Assembly (NCBI RefSeq): GCF_006345805.1
Contig: NC_042997.1
Coordinates: forward strand, 44,330,001-44,394,000
From: Octopus sinensis
Taxonomy: Eukaryota
Reading direction: 5' to 3'
DNA: 64,000 nt
Part shown: positions 47,936 through 60,129 of the stretch, piece after piece
How positions within the stretch are numbered: the stretch's first letter is position 1
Layout: every line of letters begins with the position of its first letter
Made by a program: the position numbers and the translations under genes
Notes under the pieces: model-generated
What the model was told of the DNA's origin: nothing
Databases searched by the model: none
The model's input: only the letters and a program-made list of their open reading frames with translations

Positions 47936-48320
47936 CTAGCAGTATCGCCCGGCGTTGCTCAGGTTTGTAAGGGAAATAACTATAAAGCATTTTTAGAGAG
48001 TTATAGCCAAAAAACAGCAAAAAAATGGAAAAAAATGATGGTAAATTTTTTTTTGATAGTTAAAAAAGGTGGAGTTGCGTCCCCTACACAGTTTGTGGTT
48101 TGTGTTCCTGATTCTCGACCCCATGTCGAATTTATCGATTTTTTTCAGAACTGGGGGAACTTTTCAAAATTTTCGCTGCGTTAGTTTTGAATTATGACAT
48201 TGGGCTATGTGTGTGTCAAGTTTCATCATAATCGGTTGAAAGCCGTGGTCAGGGTGAGGGTACAAGCAAACAGACACACAGAAACACGCACAGACAAACT
48301 GCCGTTTATATAGAGAGAGA
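47936..48320 (-). mobile_element. Non-autonomous Helitron sharing its 3' end with 31111-31505
   Basis: A|TC..hairpin..CTAG|T; about 110 bp of the 3' end shared, 5' body different. Confidence 0.9.
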
Positions 48321-49049
48321 TGACTGTTTAGGAAACATAGACATTAGTATTTCTATTCTTTTAATGCTTTAATATTTAAAGAATTTTAATATTTTCATGC
48401 ATCTTATTATTTATTTATGGTAGGTTAGTTATTTATTCATTTCTTGAACTGTTTAATGGGAAAACTATTTGAAAAAATAAGCATTATTTACATGTCCATA
48501 TAACTGTTTTTATGATTTTTTCAAGAACAATCCAGAAAGAATTATATGTATGAGTATCATTTTAGTTGGTCTCTATAAATGCAATCCTCATAATTTTGAA
48601 ACCAATTTGATAAGTACCAATGCTCAAAACTCTTGACTCTTGGATCATTCTATAACTTCTGTCGATTAATGAAAAAAAATATTTAGTTTTGTAATAATTT
48701 CCTAATAGCTTCTTGGACTTCTTGGAAACAGCATCAGGAAAAAATTAGTCAGCATCAGATTGAGAAGAATGAGAAATTTTATTTACAATGGGAAATGTAA
48801 GAAATGTGGTTTCATTTCTCTTGTTCTTTATGTGGAAATGAGAACATGTAAAGAAGTAATGAAAAATGAACAATTGATTTTGTAGGGAGAGGGATAGCTT
48901 AGCAAATGAGGTGGTGTGAGAGGGTAAGAAGATAAGGAGGCAAGACGAAGAAGGGGAAAAAAACCAGAAAGTTGAACAAGAAGGTAAAAGGGTACCATAG
49001 TTCAAATAAAACTCATATAGATACAGCTACAATGATAGACTAAAGTAGA

Positions 49050-49135
49050 AGGAACACTCCGTCGGTTACGACGACGAGGGTCCCAGCTGATACGATCAAT
49101 GGAACAGCCTGCTCGTGCAATTAACGTGCAAGATG
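49050..49135 (-). mobile_element. SINE family E 3' fragment
   Basis: Reverse complement of 58950-59035. Confidence 0.8.
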
Positions 49136-49340
49136 AAAAGAGTTAAAATGTGAAAAATTTTCTCTGGCCAATCACTGTGGATCTCGACATTGAAAATTCT
49201 TCTTATACCGGTGCACACCCATTGCCAAAGTTATAAACACTTCATTTATTTTTCGTGACAGAAGTTTCGACTTTTGTGACCAAAAAAGAAAAGGAGCTTG
49301 GAAAAATATATAAGTTAAAAATAGAATAATAAGGAACATA

Positions 49341-49519
49341 GGCGCAGGAGTGGCTGTGTGGTAAGTAGATTGCTAACCAACCACATGGTTCCGGGTTCAG
49401 TCCCACTGCGTGGCATCTTGGGCAAGTGTCTTCTGCTATAGCCCCGGGCCGACCAATACCTTGTGAGTGGATTTGGTAGACGGAAACTGAAAGAAGCCTG
49501 TCGTATATATGTATATATA

Positions 49520-49568
<49 letters not shown>

Positions 49569-49720
49569 AGCATTGCTTGACAACTGATGCTGGTGTGTTT
49601 AAAAAGAGACCAATAGAATAAGTACTGGGCTTACAAAGAATAAGTCCCGGGGTCGATTTGCTCAACTAAAGGCGGTGCTCCAGCATGGCCACAGTCAAAT
49701 GACTGAAACAAGTAAAAGAA
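49341..49720 (+). mobile_element. SINE family B
   Basis: Family match. Confidence 0.92.
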
Positions 49721-50244
49721 TACAAAAACGATGGATGTTCTGAAACGAAAGGGAATATCCAGTTGAGAAGTCAAAATTCTTTGGTGTAGCTTGTGGATAT
49801 GTAAAGGACTGATTAAATATATTTCTAAGTTGTGTTGAGATCAGAGTGTGAAGGTAAAGACAGTAGTTGCAAGGTTGGGATCATTACGATGCTTTCATGG
49901 GTTGGTAGCGAACAATAGCAGCAGTTACGTAAGTGAAAATATTTAACCTAGCGGGTAATTTTAATGTAAAATTAACATTTCTATTAAAAAAAAAACTTGA
50001 AAAATATCTATAAATTTCTAACTACTCCACATGCATTAAAAAAATCTGCTTGCTCTGTCTTCTAATGAAAACGTCTTCAAAAGTGAATGTTGAACACTGC
50101 AAGGAAGTAGATCACTGAGAAAGTTGATTTACCAATGCCAGCACAGACTCATCCCTCTACTCTACAAAACATCAGGTAAGAAATATAGATTGATATCATC
50201 TACCTTATAACATGCAAATGCAAACCCTCATTGCCAAAGAGTTG

Positions 50245-50648
50245 TTACTCTTTACTCTTTTACTTGTTTCAGTCATTTGACTGCATCCATGCTGGAGCAC
50301 CGCCTTTAGTCGAGCAAATCGACCCCGGAACTTATTCTTTGTAAGCCCAGTACTTATTCTATCAGTCTCTTTTGCCGAACCGCTAAGTTACGGGGACGTA
50401 AACACACCAGCATCAGTTGTCAAGCAATGCTAAGGGGACAAACACAGACGCACAAACATACACGCACATATATATATATATATACATATATACGACGGGC
50501 TTCTTTCAGTTTCCGTCTACCAAATCCACTCACAAGGCATTGGTCGGCCCGAGGCTATAGCAGATGACACTTGCCCAAGATGCCATGCAGTGGGACTGAA
50601 CCCGGAACCATGTAGTTGGTAAACAAGCTACTTACCACACAGCCACAG
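50245..50648 (-). mobile_element. SINE family B
   Basis: Family match. Confidence 0.92.
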
Positions 50649-51624
50649 TTGTTCTTAGTGTTATTAGACAAACACTTCCATAAAATCCTAAATCAAAGCA
50701 ATATTGAATTATTCTATTCTATCACGAGTAATTTCACCCAAATTACAGTTACAGCTAATCTAACTAAATTAAAAACACAACATGACTTCATACTCAAACT
50801 AGCACAATTCTCCTGATAGCTGTTTTCACACTTTATACTCAAACCAGAAATGGATGAAGAAGCAATGCAGCCATAGATAATTGAAGTGATTGATTTGAAA
50901 AATCAGCTAATTATCAATTATCTATGGAAGACCTTTGGCACCTGTAAAACACGATGTTCATTTAAGATTGACTCTGCTTATATGACATGAAGCTTTGTAA
51001 TAATGTAGCAATAAATGATGTATATACACTGACAACAAGTCTTTGTCATAACCATGCTAAAAACTTACCAAATGTAGGCACAAGGGATTATGTTCTTGTG
51101 CTTTGCAGAGAAGAAAAAGATTCATTTTTAATGTTGCTGTAGTTACTGAAATAAACAAAGTTAATAAAATAAACCACAAAACATATTCTGATCAGAAGCT
51201 TTGTGCATCTCAAATTCAGGATTGCAAAATATTCTGAAATATGCATACATGAATGGCATGAGATGGTATTCATTTTGCTTACTCCGTACAACAGTAGGAG
51301 AACAAAATGTTGACAACAGAAACTTGTATTTCCTCTTGAACTATCAACCTATAAGTTAAAATATATGCAAGGACATGGTATGGATCAATAAACCCTATTT
51401 AAAGGCAAAAAACCTAAGTGACAGTCAATCTTATTTAAAGTTACTCTTTTAAAATACATGATTGGAACTGAAAATTTAAAAGATGCCAATGTAATTCTTG
51501 AATTACTGGTGTTCCAACATGCCTCATTGTATAAGTTCAACGTTTAGGTTTGGGTAAAAAAAATTACCTTTTCTCAGGAATCTCTCTGAACGTGTTTACT
51601 GAGTTTGTTGTACACAAGGATACC

Positions 51625-52018
51625 TCTTTTACTCTTTTACTTGTTTCAGTCATGCTGGAGCACCGCCTTTAGTCGAGCAAATCAACCCCGGGACTTATTC
51701 TTTGTAAGCCCAGTACTTATTCTATCGGTCTCTTTTGCCGAACCGCTAAGTGATGGGGACGTAAACACACTAGCATCAGTTGTCAAGCAATGCTAGGGGG
51801 ACAAACACAGATGCACAAACACACACACACATACATACATATATATACATATATACGACAGGCTTCTTTCAGTTTCTGTCTACCAAATCCACTCACAAGG
51901 CATTGGTCGGCCCGGGGCTATAGCAGAAGACACTTGCCCAAGATGCCACGCAGTGGGACTGAACCCGGAACCATGTGGTTGTTTAGCCAGCTACTTACCA
52001 CACAGCCACTCCTGCGCC
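51625..52018 (-). mobile_element. SINE family B
   Basis: Family match. Confidence 0.92.
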
Positions 52019-52569
52019 TACTACCTGTGTAGTAGATTTATCTACCTCTTATCAATAAGAGTACACTCTTGTGAAATTTGTTCCTCTACCGCCTGTATAC
52101 CTACACGTAAGTATCTATGTATACATATACATCCAGATACCAGCACGTGCACGCATGCATGCATGCACACACACACACACACACGCTTACACATCTGTGC
52201 TCAGTTCAGCTGGTTCTTTTTAACCGATAGTTTAGTCTTAAACTTTTCCGTTATTGTGTCATTTCTCATTCTTTGCAGGTAACAGAGCATTCTTTTTTCT
52301 TGTTGCTTTAAGTCATCTATTTTGTTCCATTGCAAATGCTGTTTATATGTTAAGTGGGAACAAAATGTGTAGTAAAAAAAAAAAAGGGCTGTAATGTCAA
52401 AGGACAATGATAATAATAAATTTGAATATTTTCCTGGTCTTACTGTTATAAAAGTGAATATGAAAAGGAAAGTGTTTCCCTTCACAAAAAAAAAAAAAAA
52501 TTTTCATAGAAAATGAAATTATTAAAGAACATAAGCTTCCCTGGAAAATTAAATTATGAAGAAAGTGAT

Positions 52570-52980
52570 AGGAGTGGCTGTGTGGTAAGTAGCTTGCTAA
52601 CCAGCCACATGGTTCTGGGTTCAGTCCCACTGCATGGCATCTTGGGCAAGTGTCTTCTGCTATAGCCCCGGGCCGACCAATACCTTGTGAGTGGATTTGG
52701 TAGACAGAAACTGAAAGAAGCCCGTCGTATATATGTATATATATGTATATATATGTATATGTGTGTGTATTTGTGTGTCTGTGCTTGTCCTCCTAGCATT
52801 GCTTGACAACCGATGCTGGTTTGTTTACGTCCCCGTCACTTAGCGGTTCGGTGAAAGAGACCGATAGAATAAGTACTGGGCTTACAAAGAATAAGTCCCG
52901 GGGTCGATTTGCTCGACTAAAGGCGGTGCTCCAGCATGGCCGCAGTCAAATGACTAAAACAAGTAAAGAGTAAAAGAGTA
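52570..52980 (+). mobile_element. SINE family B
   Basis: Family match. Confidence 0.92.
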
Positions 52981-53004
52981 AATGATTCAAGCACATTCAG
53001 ACTA

Positions 53005-54030
53005 AAACTCTTTTCTGGTCAAAATAAAACTTTGATTCTCTGGCATAAAATCTTAGAGCTATTTTAGACTAATTTTTGTGTTCAGATTCCAAAACTGACT
53101 TCAGATTTGTTCTATCACATTACATTTTTGTGCAATTGATATATACCTTTATGTACCTGGTGCATAGCAAAAGTTAACTTTACACTACTTTTTGCGAGGA
53201 TTTTGGCTGGTTTGTCATGCTAATTTTGAATATGTTCAAGCAGAGTTTTGCTTTGAAACCATTTCTCTTCTTTTCAGGTGTGAACTGAAGTACTGTGCTC
53301 TAGTTATGGATACAGCATTAAAAAGAAGGATGTACTTAATGACCTTGATATTTTCTGTTACATCTGTGAAATTTCACTCCACAGGCTCAAAGGCACAACA
53401 TTAATAACTTTGTCAAGAAGATGTATCTTGTTACTGTATTTTTTTTGTTTTAGATGCTCTGTGTTTCTTCCAATTACTTTAAATATAACAAAGAATTTAG
53501 TAAAATAACTTTGTTATCATTCAGCTAGTTTTAGGAACATTAATTGTGACTAAGGTTTGGTGGAAGATTTTAATTCAAAACTTATGAAAACGAGACATTT
53601 GTAATACAAAGCCAGAGCTGGTTTCAGCCAGGTTGGTACTGAAAGGGTTAAAGTAGCACTTGGAAACCAGAACAAAACCTGGGCTCCCCACAAAGTTTGC
53701 AAAACCTGTGTTGAAATTTGGTGTGATGAAGCAATTCATCAAAGCTCTTGATCATAGTGGAGACTGCTTTAGATATATATGTACAACCTTTCCAAGTCTC
53801 AGTGACAAGAGGAAGAGGGCAGGAATATTTGATTGACCTCAAATAAGAACATTCCTCAGGTAGTCCACATTTTGTTACAACAATGAGTGTGGCTCAGGCT
53901 AGAACTTGGAATGCCTTCTTTGATGTGGTGTGGAATTTCCTTGGAAACAGGAAAGCTGTCAACTATCAAGAGATTGTGGAGGAACTGCTCTTGAGCTTGC
54001 AAGCACTTGGATGTAGAATGAATATTAAAT
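53005..54030 (+). mobile_element. Chapaev-like (CMC group) DNA transposon remnant, internally deleted
   Basis: NDLDIFCYIC/FTPQAQRHNINNFVKKMY..[MITE]..QNKTWAPHKVCKTCVE..MKQFIKALD..CFRY..AGIFD*PQIR..NFLGNRKA.NY..LGCRMNIK; superfamily assigned from remembered motifs. Confidence 0.65.
53425..53648. mobile_element. piggyBac-like MITE inserted in the Chapaev-like ORF
   Basis: Matches 21216-21780; ends GAAAGGG|TTAA. Confidence 0.75.
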
Positions 54031-54553
54031 TGCTCAGATTGCTTTCAGTTTTGGTGTATCGATGCAACTCTGAATTTTGATTACTTTATCTCATAAATTA
54101 AAGAATCTGATGTTATTTGGAATTAAAATTGGGAAATCTGGGTAATTTTAGCCAATCAACAGACAGCGAGGCATGAACAGCTTGTTACCATGACAACCAC
54201 ACGTTGTGTTGTGTTTCACTTCACCTGCATGTTGTGTTGGTTCTTCACACCACGAGATTTACTTCACCCACGTGTTTTGTTTTAATAAAAATTTATATTT
54301 ATCAATTAGAATTTTATCATAGATATTTTTTGTCAATTGTCTTATTATTTTACATATTTTTTATATATAGCAAAAGTTGTTTGCGGTGTTTATAGTTTCT
54401 TGGCATTTTGAAGGTGAATGGAATATGTGACCTTAGTACGAAACTGCACACCAACATTTCAAGCACGGTACTGACAAAACATCAATGACTCATAGACTCA
54501 GTATTGCCAAGCTTTGAAGTTTTGGAGTTAGACGCCCCTTTACACACACACAT

Positions 54554-54594
<41 letters not shown>

Positions 54595-54917
54595 CACGCA
54601 CTTATATGTGTGCACAAATACATGACAGGTATATATAATACAGAAATACACAAAGTAAATTAGGTATTTCTCTTTATTTAAAAACCTACAATAAATAGGT
54701 CATTTCACAGACACTAAACTATAAATTTCACAGGGTACAATCTTAAAGTTGACACCGCTCCGCAAGACATAAAATTTCTGCCTCACTATTGGCGAAAAAC
54801 ACAGTTTTTTCTTTTAAACCTCAGGAACTTTTTCTTCTAATTTTTTTTTCTCCAAAACTCATACCTTCATAGCAATAAGACTGGAAAACTATATTATGTA
54901 TATATATATATATATAT

Positions 54918-55572
54918 AAGAGGTAGACCCAGGAAAACCTGGGATGAGGTGGTGAAGCACGACCTTCAAACTTTAGGTCTCACAAAGGAAATGACTAGAG
55001 ACCGAGACTTATGGAAGTATGCTGTGCGTGAGAAGACCCGGCAAGGCTAGTGAGACCATAACCCGTGGCCTCTACCTGGTATGTAGCCAGTCGACTTATA
55101 CATACCTTTCCTTCTTGGGACACAAAACTCCACTTGTGAAGACCTGTTGAGGCAAGTGAAAATCAAAATCAAAATCGAACCAAATCAAATCAGATATCAA
55201 AAAGCAGAACCAAAATCGAAGCCGATCAACATCAATGGAAATTGCAGCTGTGATACCAATGCCGGTGACAAGTAAGCGAACCATCCGATCGTGGCTGTTG
55301 CCAGTGCCGCCCTGACTGGCCTCCGTGCCGGTGGCACGTAAAAAGTACCATCCGTCCGTGGCTGTCTGCCAGCTCCCTCTGGCACCTGTGCGGGTGGCAC
55401 GTAAAAAGCACCCACTACACTCACGGAGTGGTTGGCGTTAGGAAGGGCATCCAGCCGTAGAAACACTGCCAGATCAGACTGGACCTGATGCCGCCTTCTG
55501 GCTTCACAGACCCCAGTTGAACCGTCCAACCCATGCCAGCATGGAAAGCGGACGCTAAATGATGATGATGAT
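54918..55572 (+). mobile_element. RTE LINE 3' end (second subfamily): ORF end, UTR units, (GAT)n tail
   Basis: RGRPRKTWDEVVKHDLQTLGLT..RDLWKYAVREKTRQG*, then UTR with (AAAATC)n and repeat units. Confidence 0.93.
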
Positions 55573-55612
55573 ATATATATACATACATATATATATATAC
55601 ATACATACATAT

Positions 55613-55681
<69 letters not shown>

Positions 55682-55692
55682 ATATATATATA

Positions 55693-55737
<45 letters not shown>

Positions 55738-55867
55738 CATATATATATAAATATACATACATATATATACATATATATATATATATATATTAATGTATAT
55801 ATATATATGTATATATATATGTGTGTGTGTATATATATATATATATGTATGTATGTATGTATATTTA

Positions 55868-56520
55868 TATTAGAAGGTTTGGAGATGATGTACAGGCATA
55901 GGAGTGGCTGTGTGGTAAGTAGCTTGCTTACGAACCACATGGTTCCAGGTTCAGTCCCACTGCGTGGCACCTTCGGCAAGTGTCTTCTGCTATAGCCTCG
56001 GGCTGACCAAAGCCTTGTGAGTGGATTTGGTAGACGGAAACTGAAAGAAGCCTGTCGTATATATGTATATATATATGTATATATGTGTGTGTGTTTGTGT
56101 GTCTGTGTTTGTCCCCCCAACATCGCTTGACGACTGGTGCTGGTGTGTTTACGTCCCCGTAACTTAGCGGTTCGGCAAAAGAGACCGATATAATAAGTAC
56201 TAGGCTTACAAAGAATAATTCCTGGGGTCGATTTGCTCGACTAAAGGTGGTGCTCCAGCATGGCCACAGTCAAATGACTGAAACAAGTAAATGAGTTAAA
56301 GAGTAAAAGAGGTATTTTATATTAGAAGAAATGAGGTACTCAGTAATTCGGATGGTTTGATTTGAACTTAGTTCGATTTGAAAACCCCACTAGAATGGGA
56401 AAAAGCGCTATATATGATATATGATATAAGTTATATGATATATAAAAACATGTAATATACAAATAAATAGCTGTAAATATAAAACCATCCGAATTTCTGA
56501 GTACCTCATTTCTTCTAATA
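55868..56520. mobile_element. (TA)n-flanked cassette with 42-bp inverted repeat and decayed hammerhead-like motif; split by SINE B
   Basis: 56318-56358 vs 56480-56520 inverted; motif TTGAAAA-CCCCAC(TAGA)ATGGG-A-AAAA-GCGC-TA at 56378-56410; unsplit relative at 37160. Confidence 0.72.
55898..56309 (+). mobile_element. SINE family B nested in the TA cassette
   Basis: Flanks GATGTAC and GGTATT are contiguous in the 37160 copy. Confidence 0.92.
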
Positions 56521-56521
56521 T

Positions 56522-56581
<60 letters not shown>

Positions 56582-56767
56582 TATATACATTATGTATATA
56601 TATATATGAATATATATATATTATGTATATATATATATATGAATATATAGAGAAGATTACATTGTTTATACCATTTATTCTTTTGAATAGTATCAGTGGA
56701 ATTTTTCGAAACATGTGTCGAAAGTAAAAATATTTGTTTACACCTGCGTTAACTCCATTTTTTATTC

Positions 56768-56798
<31 letters not shown>

Positions 56799-57344
56799 TG
56801 CATGTATATATGTATATATACATCTACACATATGCATGTATATATATATAGATGTATATATATAGATGTATATGTATACATGCATATGTATAGATGTATA
56901 TGTATATATATATATATAAATATAGCAGATTTTCAGGTTTTTTACTGTCTTTTAAAAAATGCATATTTCGTGAATGAAAAAAACTAAATCTGAAAATATA
57001 GTTGTTATGTGGGCAGATAATGAAATGCATTGTAACATGGAATTTATCCATTTTTACCATTTTTACCATTTTATCATAGTGGGAAAAAAGAAAAAGAAAT
57101 TGTAGAAGAAGTCATTAGTCAACAAACTTTTACTTAAAATTATCTTATTATTGGAAAGTAGGGAAGAAAAAAAAGCAGAAGATAAGATGAAGAGAACAAG
57201 GAATAACAGAATGGTTTAGTTAACTGGAAGCGAGAGAAACAACCGAAGCTGCAAGAGATTGACAAAAAAGAATGAGTTACATGTTAAATTATCCCAATAT
57301 TAGAAAAGGTGTTGCTTATGTAACTAAAATGAGAGTATGTAAGT

Positions 57345-57428
57345 GTCGTCTGTCTTTATCTGTCTGTCTATCTGTCTGCCTGTCTGTCTGTCTATCTGTC
57401 TGCCTGTCTGTCTGTCTATCTGTCTGCC

Positions 57429-57467
<39 letters not shown>

Positions 57468-57468
57468 T
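57345..57468. repeat. (CTGT)n/(CT)n microsatellite
   Basis: Direct. Confidence 0.93.
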
Positions 57469-57494
57469 GCAAGAAATCGGCTGTCAGTTCACAG

Positions 57495-57715
57495 ACTTAT
57501 TAAATTCCTTTCTGCTATAGGCACAAGGTTTGAATTTTGAGGATTAATCGATTACACCAAACCTCAGTGCTTCACTGGCACATATTTTCATCGAACCCAA
57601 AAAGATGAAAGGTAAAGTCGACCTTGGTAGAATTTGAACTCTGAACATAAACACAGGAGAAATGTCGCTAAGCATTTTTCCCCGGCAGGCTAATGATTCT
57701 GCCAGCTCGCTGCAT
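57495..57715 (-). mobile_element. SINE family A
   Basis: Family match. Confidence 0.82.
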
Positions 57716-58060
57716 TACAGTGTAATTAAATTACAATATTGTTTAACTAGTCTATACAACTGAAAATCCAAGATATACATGCAGTAAATATTTCCACGAT
57801 AAGCAAATAAGTTGAATCCTGAATGTATCCATGATGTTCTGGTATATAAGACCACATGTTAGTTTTCTTTATCATACATGTTTGGATTGTGTAGTAATCA
57901 GACAAGCCTTTAAAGCGTATCATGCACAATCCAGAAATCGTTCATGCCCAAATGACATGGTTATACTCTGTGAGGTCATAAGAGAGAGAAAAACAAGAAA
58001 ATATTTCAAGAAAAACGAGAAGAAAATGTTAAGAAGAGGGCAAAAATTATTTTCCTTTAA

Positions 58061-58565
58061 CTGATTAAATAAAAACTATTGTTATTGTTGATTATTGTTT
58101 ACATCTATGATACCTACACCTAGTGGGAGGAGTCAAACAGGAGCAAGACTTAAGCGAGTTAAATTATGTTGAATCTGATGAGTTGTGTCTTCCAGTTCGA
58201 TAACAGAAACTTGTGGAAATGCATACATCAAGCATGCATAGTTAGCTCAGTCTTGTTCAAAGCCAAAGTCATCTCTGTTCTTCCAAATAAGAGAGCCAAA
58301 AGAAAATTTATATTAGACTGAGTGAAAGAGAATTCAAAAAACTATATGCATGTAGACAAAAAGGAAACCAGAAAGCTAGCAAGCTACATACATCAATATG
58401 GCTGAAAGAATACACGCCCTTATTAGATTGAACTGCAAAATGTGAGATGAAAAAATTCACCAGACTAGATACACAGCTTAGAGGAGTTTAGCTTTTCTAT
58501 CATTCGACAACCTCCTACTAGGTTTCAGGTGTAAACAATATCAACAATATTTTTTATTTAACAGG
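58061..58565. mobile_element. Old TIR element remnant (about 70-bp diverged inverted ends)
   Basis: TTAAATAAAAA.TATTGTT..TTGTTTACA.CT..CTAGT.GGAGG matches the reverse complement of 58505-58562. Confidence 0.5.
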
Positions 58566-58650
58566 TTAAAGAAGTATAATCTTTGCTCCGCCCTTTCCCA
58601 TAACATTTTCTCATAATGTTTTTCCTATTCTTGCTTCATGGAATAGTGGT

Positions 58651-59035
58651 GGAGGCGCAATGGCCCAGTGGTTAGGGCAGCGGACTCGCGGTCATAGGAT
58701 CGCGGTTTCGATTTCCAGACCGGGCGTTGTGAGTATTTATTGAGCGAAAACACCTAAAGCTCCACGAGGCTCCGGCAGGGGATGGTGGTGATCCCTGCTG
58801 TACTCTTTCATCACAACTTTCTCTCACTCTTACTTCCTGTTTTTGTTGTACCTGTATTTCAAGGGGCCGGTCTTGTCACTCACTGTGTCACGCTGAATAT
58901 CCCCGAGAACTACGTTAAGGCTACACGTGTCTGTGGAGTGCTCAGCCACTTACACGTTAATTTCACGAGCAGGCTGTTCCGTTGATTCGGATCAACCGGA
59001 ACCCTCATCGTCGTAACCAACGGAGTGCTTCCATC
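58651..59035 (+). mobile_element. SINE family E, tRNA(Arg)-like head
   Basis: GGAGGCGCAATGGCCCAGTGGTTAGGGCAGCGGACTCGCGGTC..GGTTTCGATTTCC head followed by about 300 bp of body; no paired acceptor stem. Confidence 0.82.
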
Positions 59036-59724
59036 TAACCATCATGGAATAGCCATGAAGTTTGAGCCTGACCAATTTCCATGATACACTATAAAAACTG
59101 ATTGAACTACTACGCGATCCAAGCATGAAACTTGAAGTAGCTCACATATAACTTCTGTGGTCATTTAATGATAGCTATTTTCACTGGATTGAATACTTCC
59201 TTTTACTGATTCAGCAATGAACAGTACACCCAGTCACACACATTTTTTTCATATGAGCATGAGTAAAGGTGTACATGTTTATCAGCATATGAGCATGCGT
59301 GTGTGTATCTGTGTCTCTCTCCATGTGTGTGTACACATTAACTTGAACACGTGTTGAAATTAACTGTTAAAATTGAACATCCACTTATGCATACACACAC
59401 ACATGTGGAGACCTCCAACACACACACACACACATGCATACAGACACACATATATATATATATACATACACAAACAACTGTGATATAAACAACACTATTA
59501 CTAATACTGGAAGTTTTTGACATTTGACCAATTTTTTTATCTGCAAAGTTTCCTAATCTGTATCTATCTTGTTTACTAAACAAATCAGAGAAAGAGAAAG
59601 TGAAAAAGAAAGAGTGAGAGAGAGAGAAAGAAAGAGAGTAAGAAAGAAAGAGAAGAATTGACTCTCTAACGTCACTGGTATCTTACGTATCAATCCCAGA
59701 ATGAAGATGAGCAAAGTTGATGTG

Positions 59725-59810
59725 GTACCGTGGACATGTCTTCTACTATAGCCTTGGGCCGAGCAAAGCCTTATGAGTGGATTTGGTAGACAGAAACTGA
59801 AAGAAGCTTT

Positions 59811-59841
<31 letters not shown>

Positions 59842-60065
59842 ATATTTATGTGTGTGTGTCTGTGTATGTCCCCCCACCATCACTTGACAACCAATGCTGG
59901 TGTGTCTATGTCCCCGTAACTTAGTGGTTCAGCAAAAGAGATGATAGAATAAGTACTAGGCTTACAAAGAATAAGTTCTGGGGTTGATTTCTTCAACTAA
60001 AACCCTTTATGGTGGTGCTCCAGCATGGCCACAGTCAAATGACTGAAGCGAGTAAAAGAATAAAA
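59725..60065 (+). mobile_element. SINE family B, 5'-truncated, diverged
   Basis: Family match. Confidence 0.85.
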
Positions 60066-60096
60066 GAATACATGCATACACACAAACACATGCACA

Positions 60097-60129
<33 letters not shown>

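Noticed and set aside
55197-56123. Longest ORF in the track (308 aa)
   Set aside because: Antisense read-through of SINE B, (TA)n and an RTE UTR; similar MLGGQTQTH.. ORFs recur at every SINE B copy.
58170-58225. CTGATGA..GAAA at 58175
   Set aside because: Only a 3-bp stem II with an extra base, and no NUH or stem I can be formed.
58651-58726. tRNA-Arg-like sequence (also the heads of SINE A, B and D)
   Set aside because: No paired acceptor stem and it continues into a SINE body; these are tRNA-derived SINE heads, not tRNA genes.
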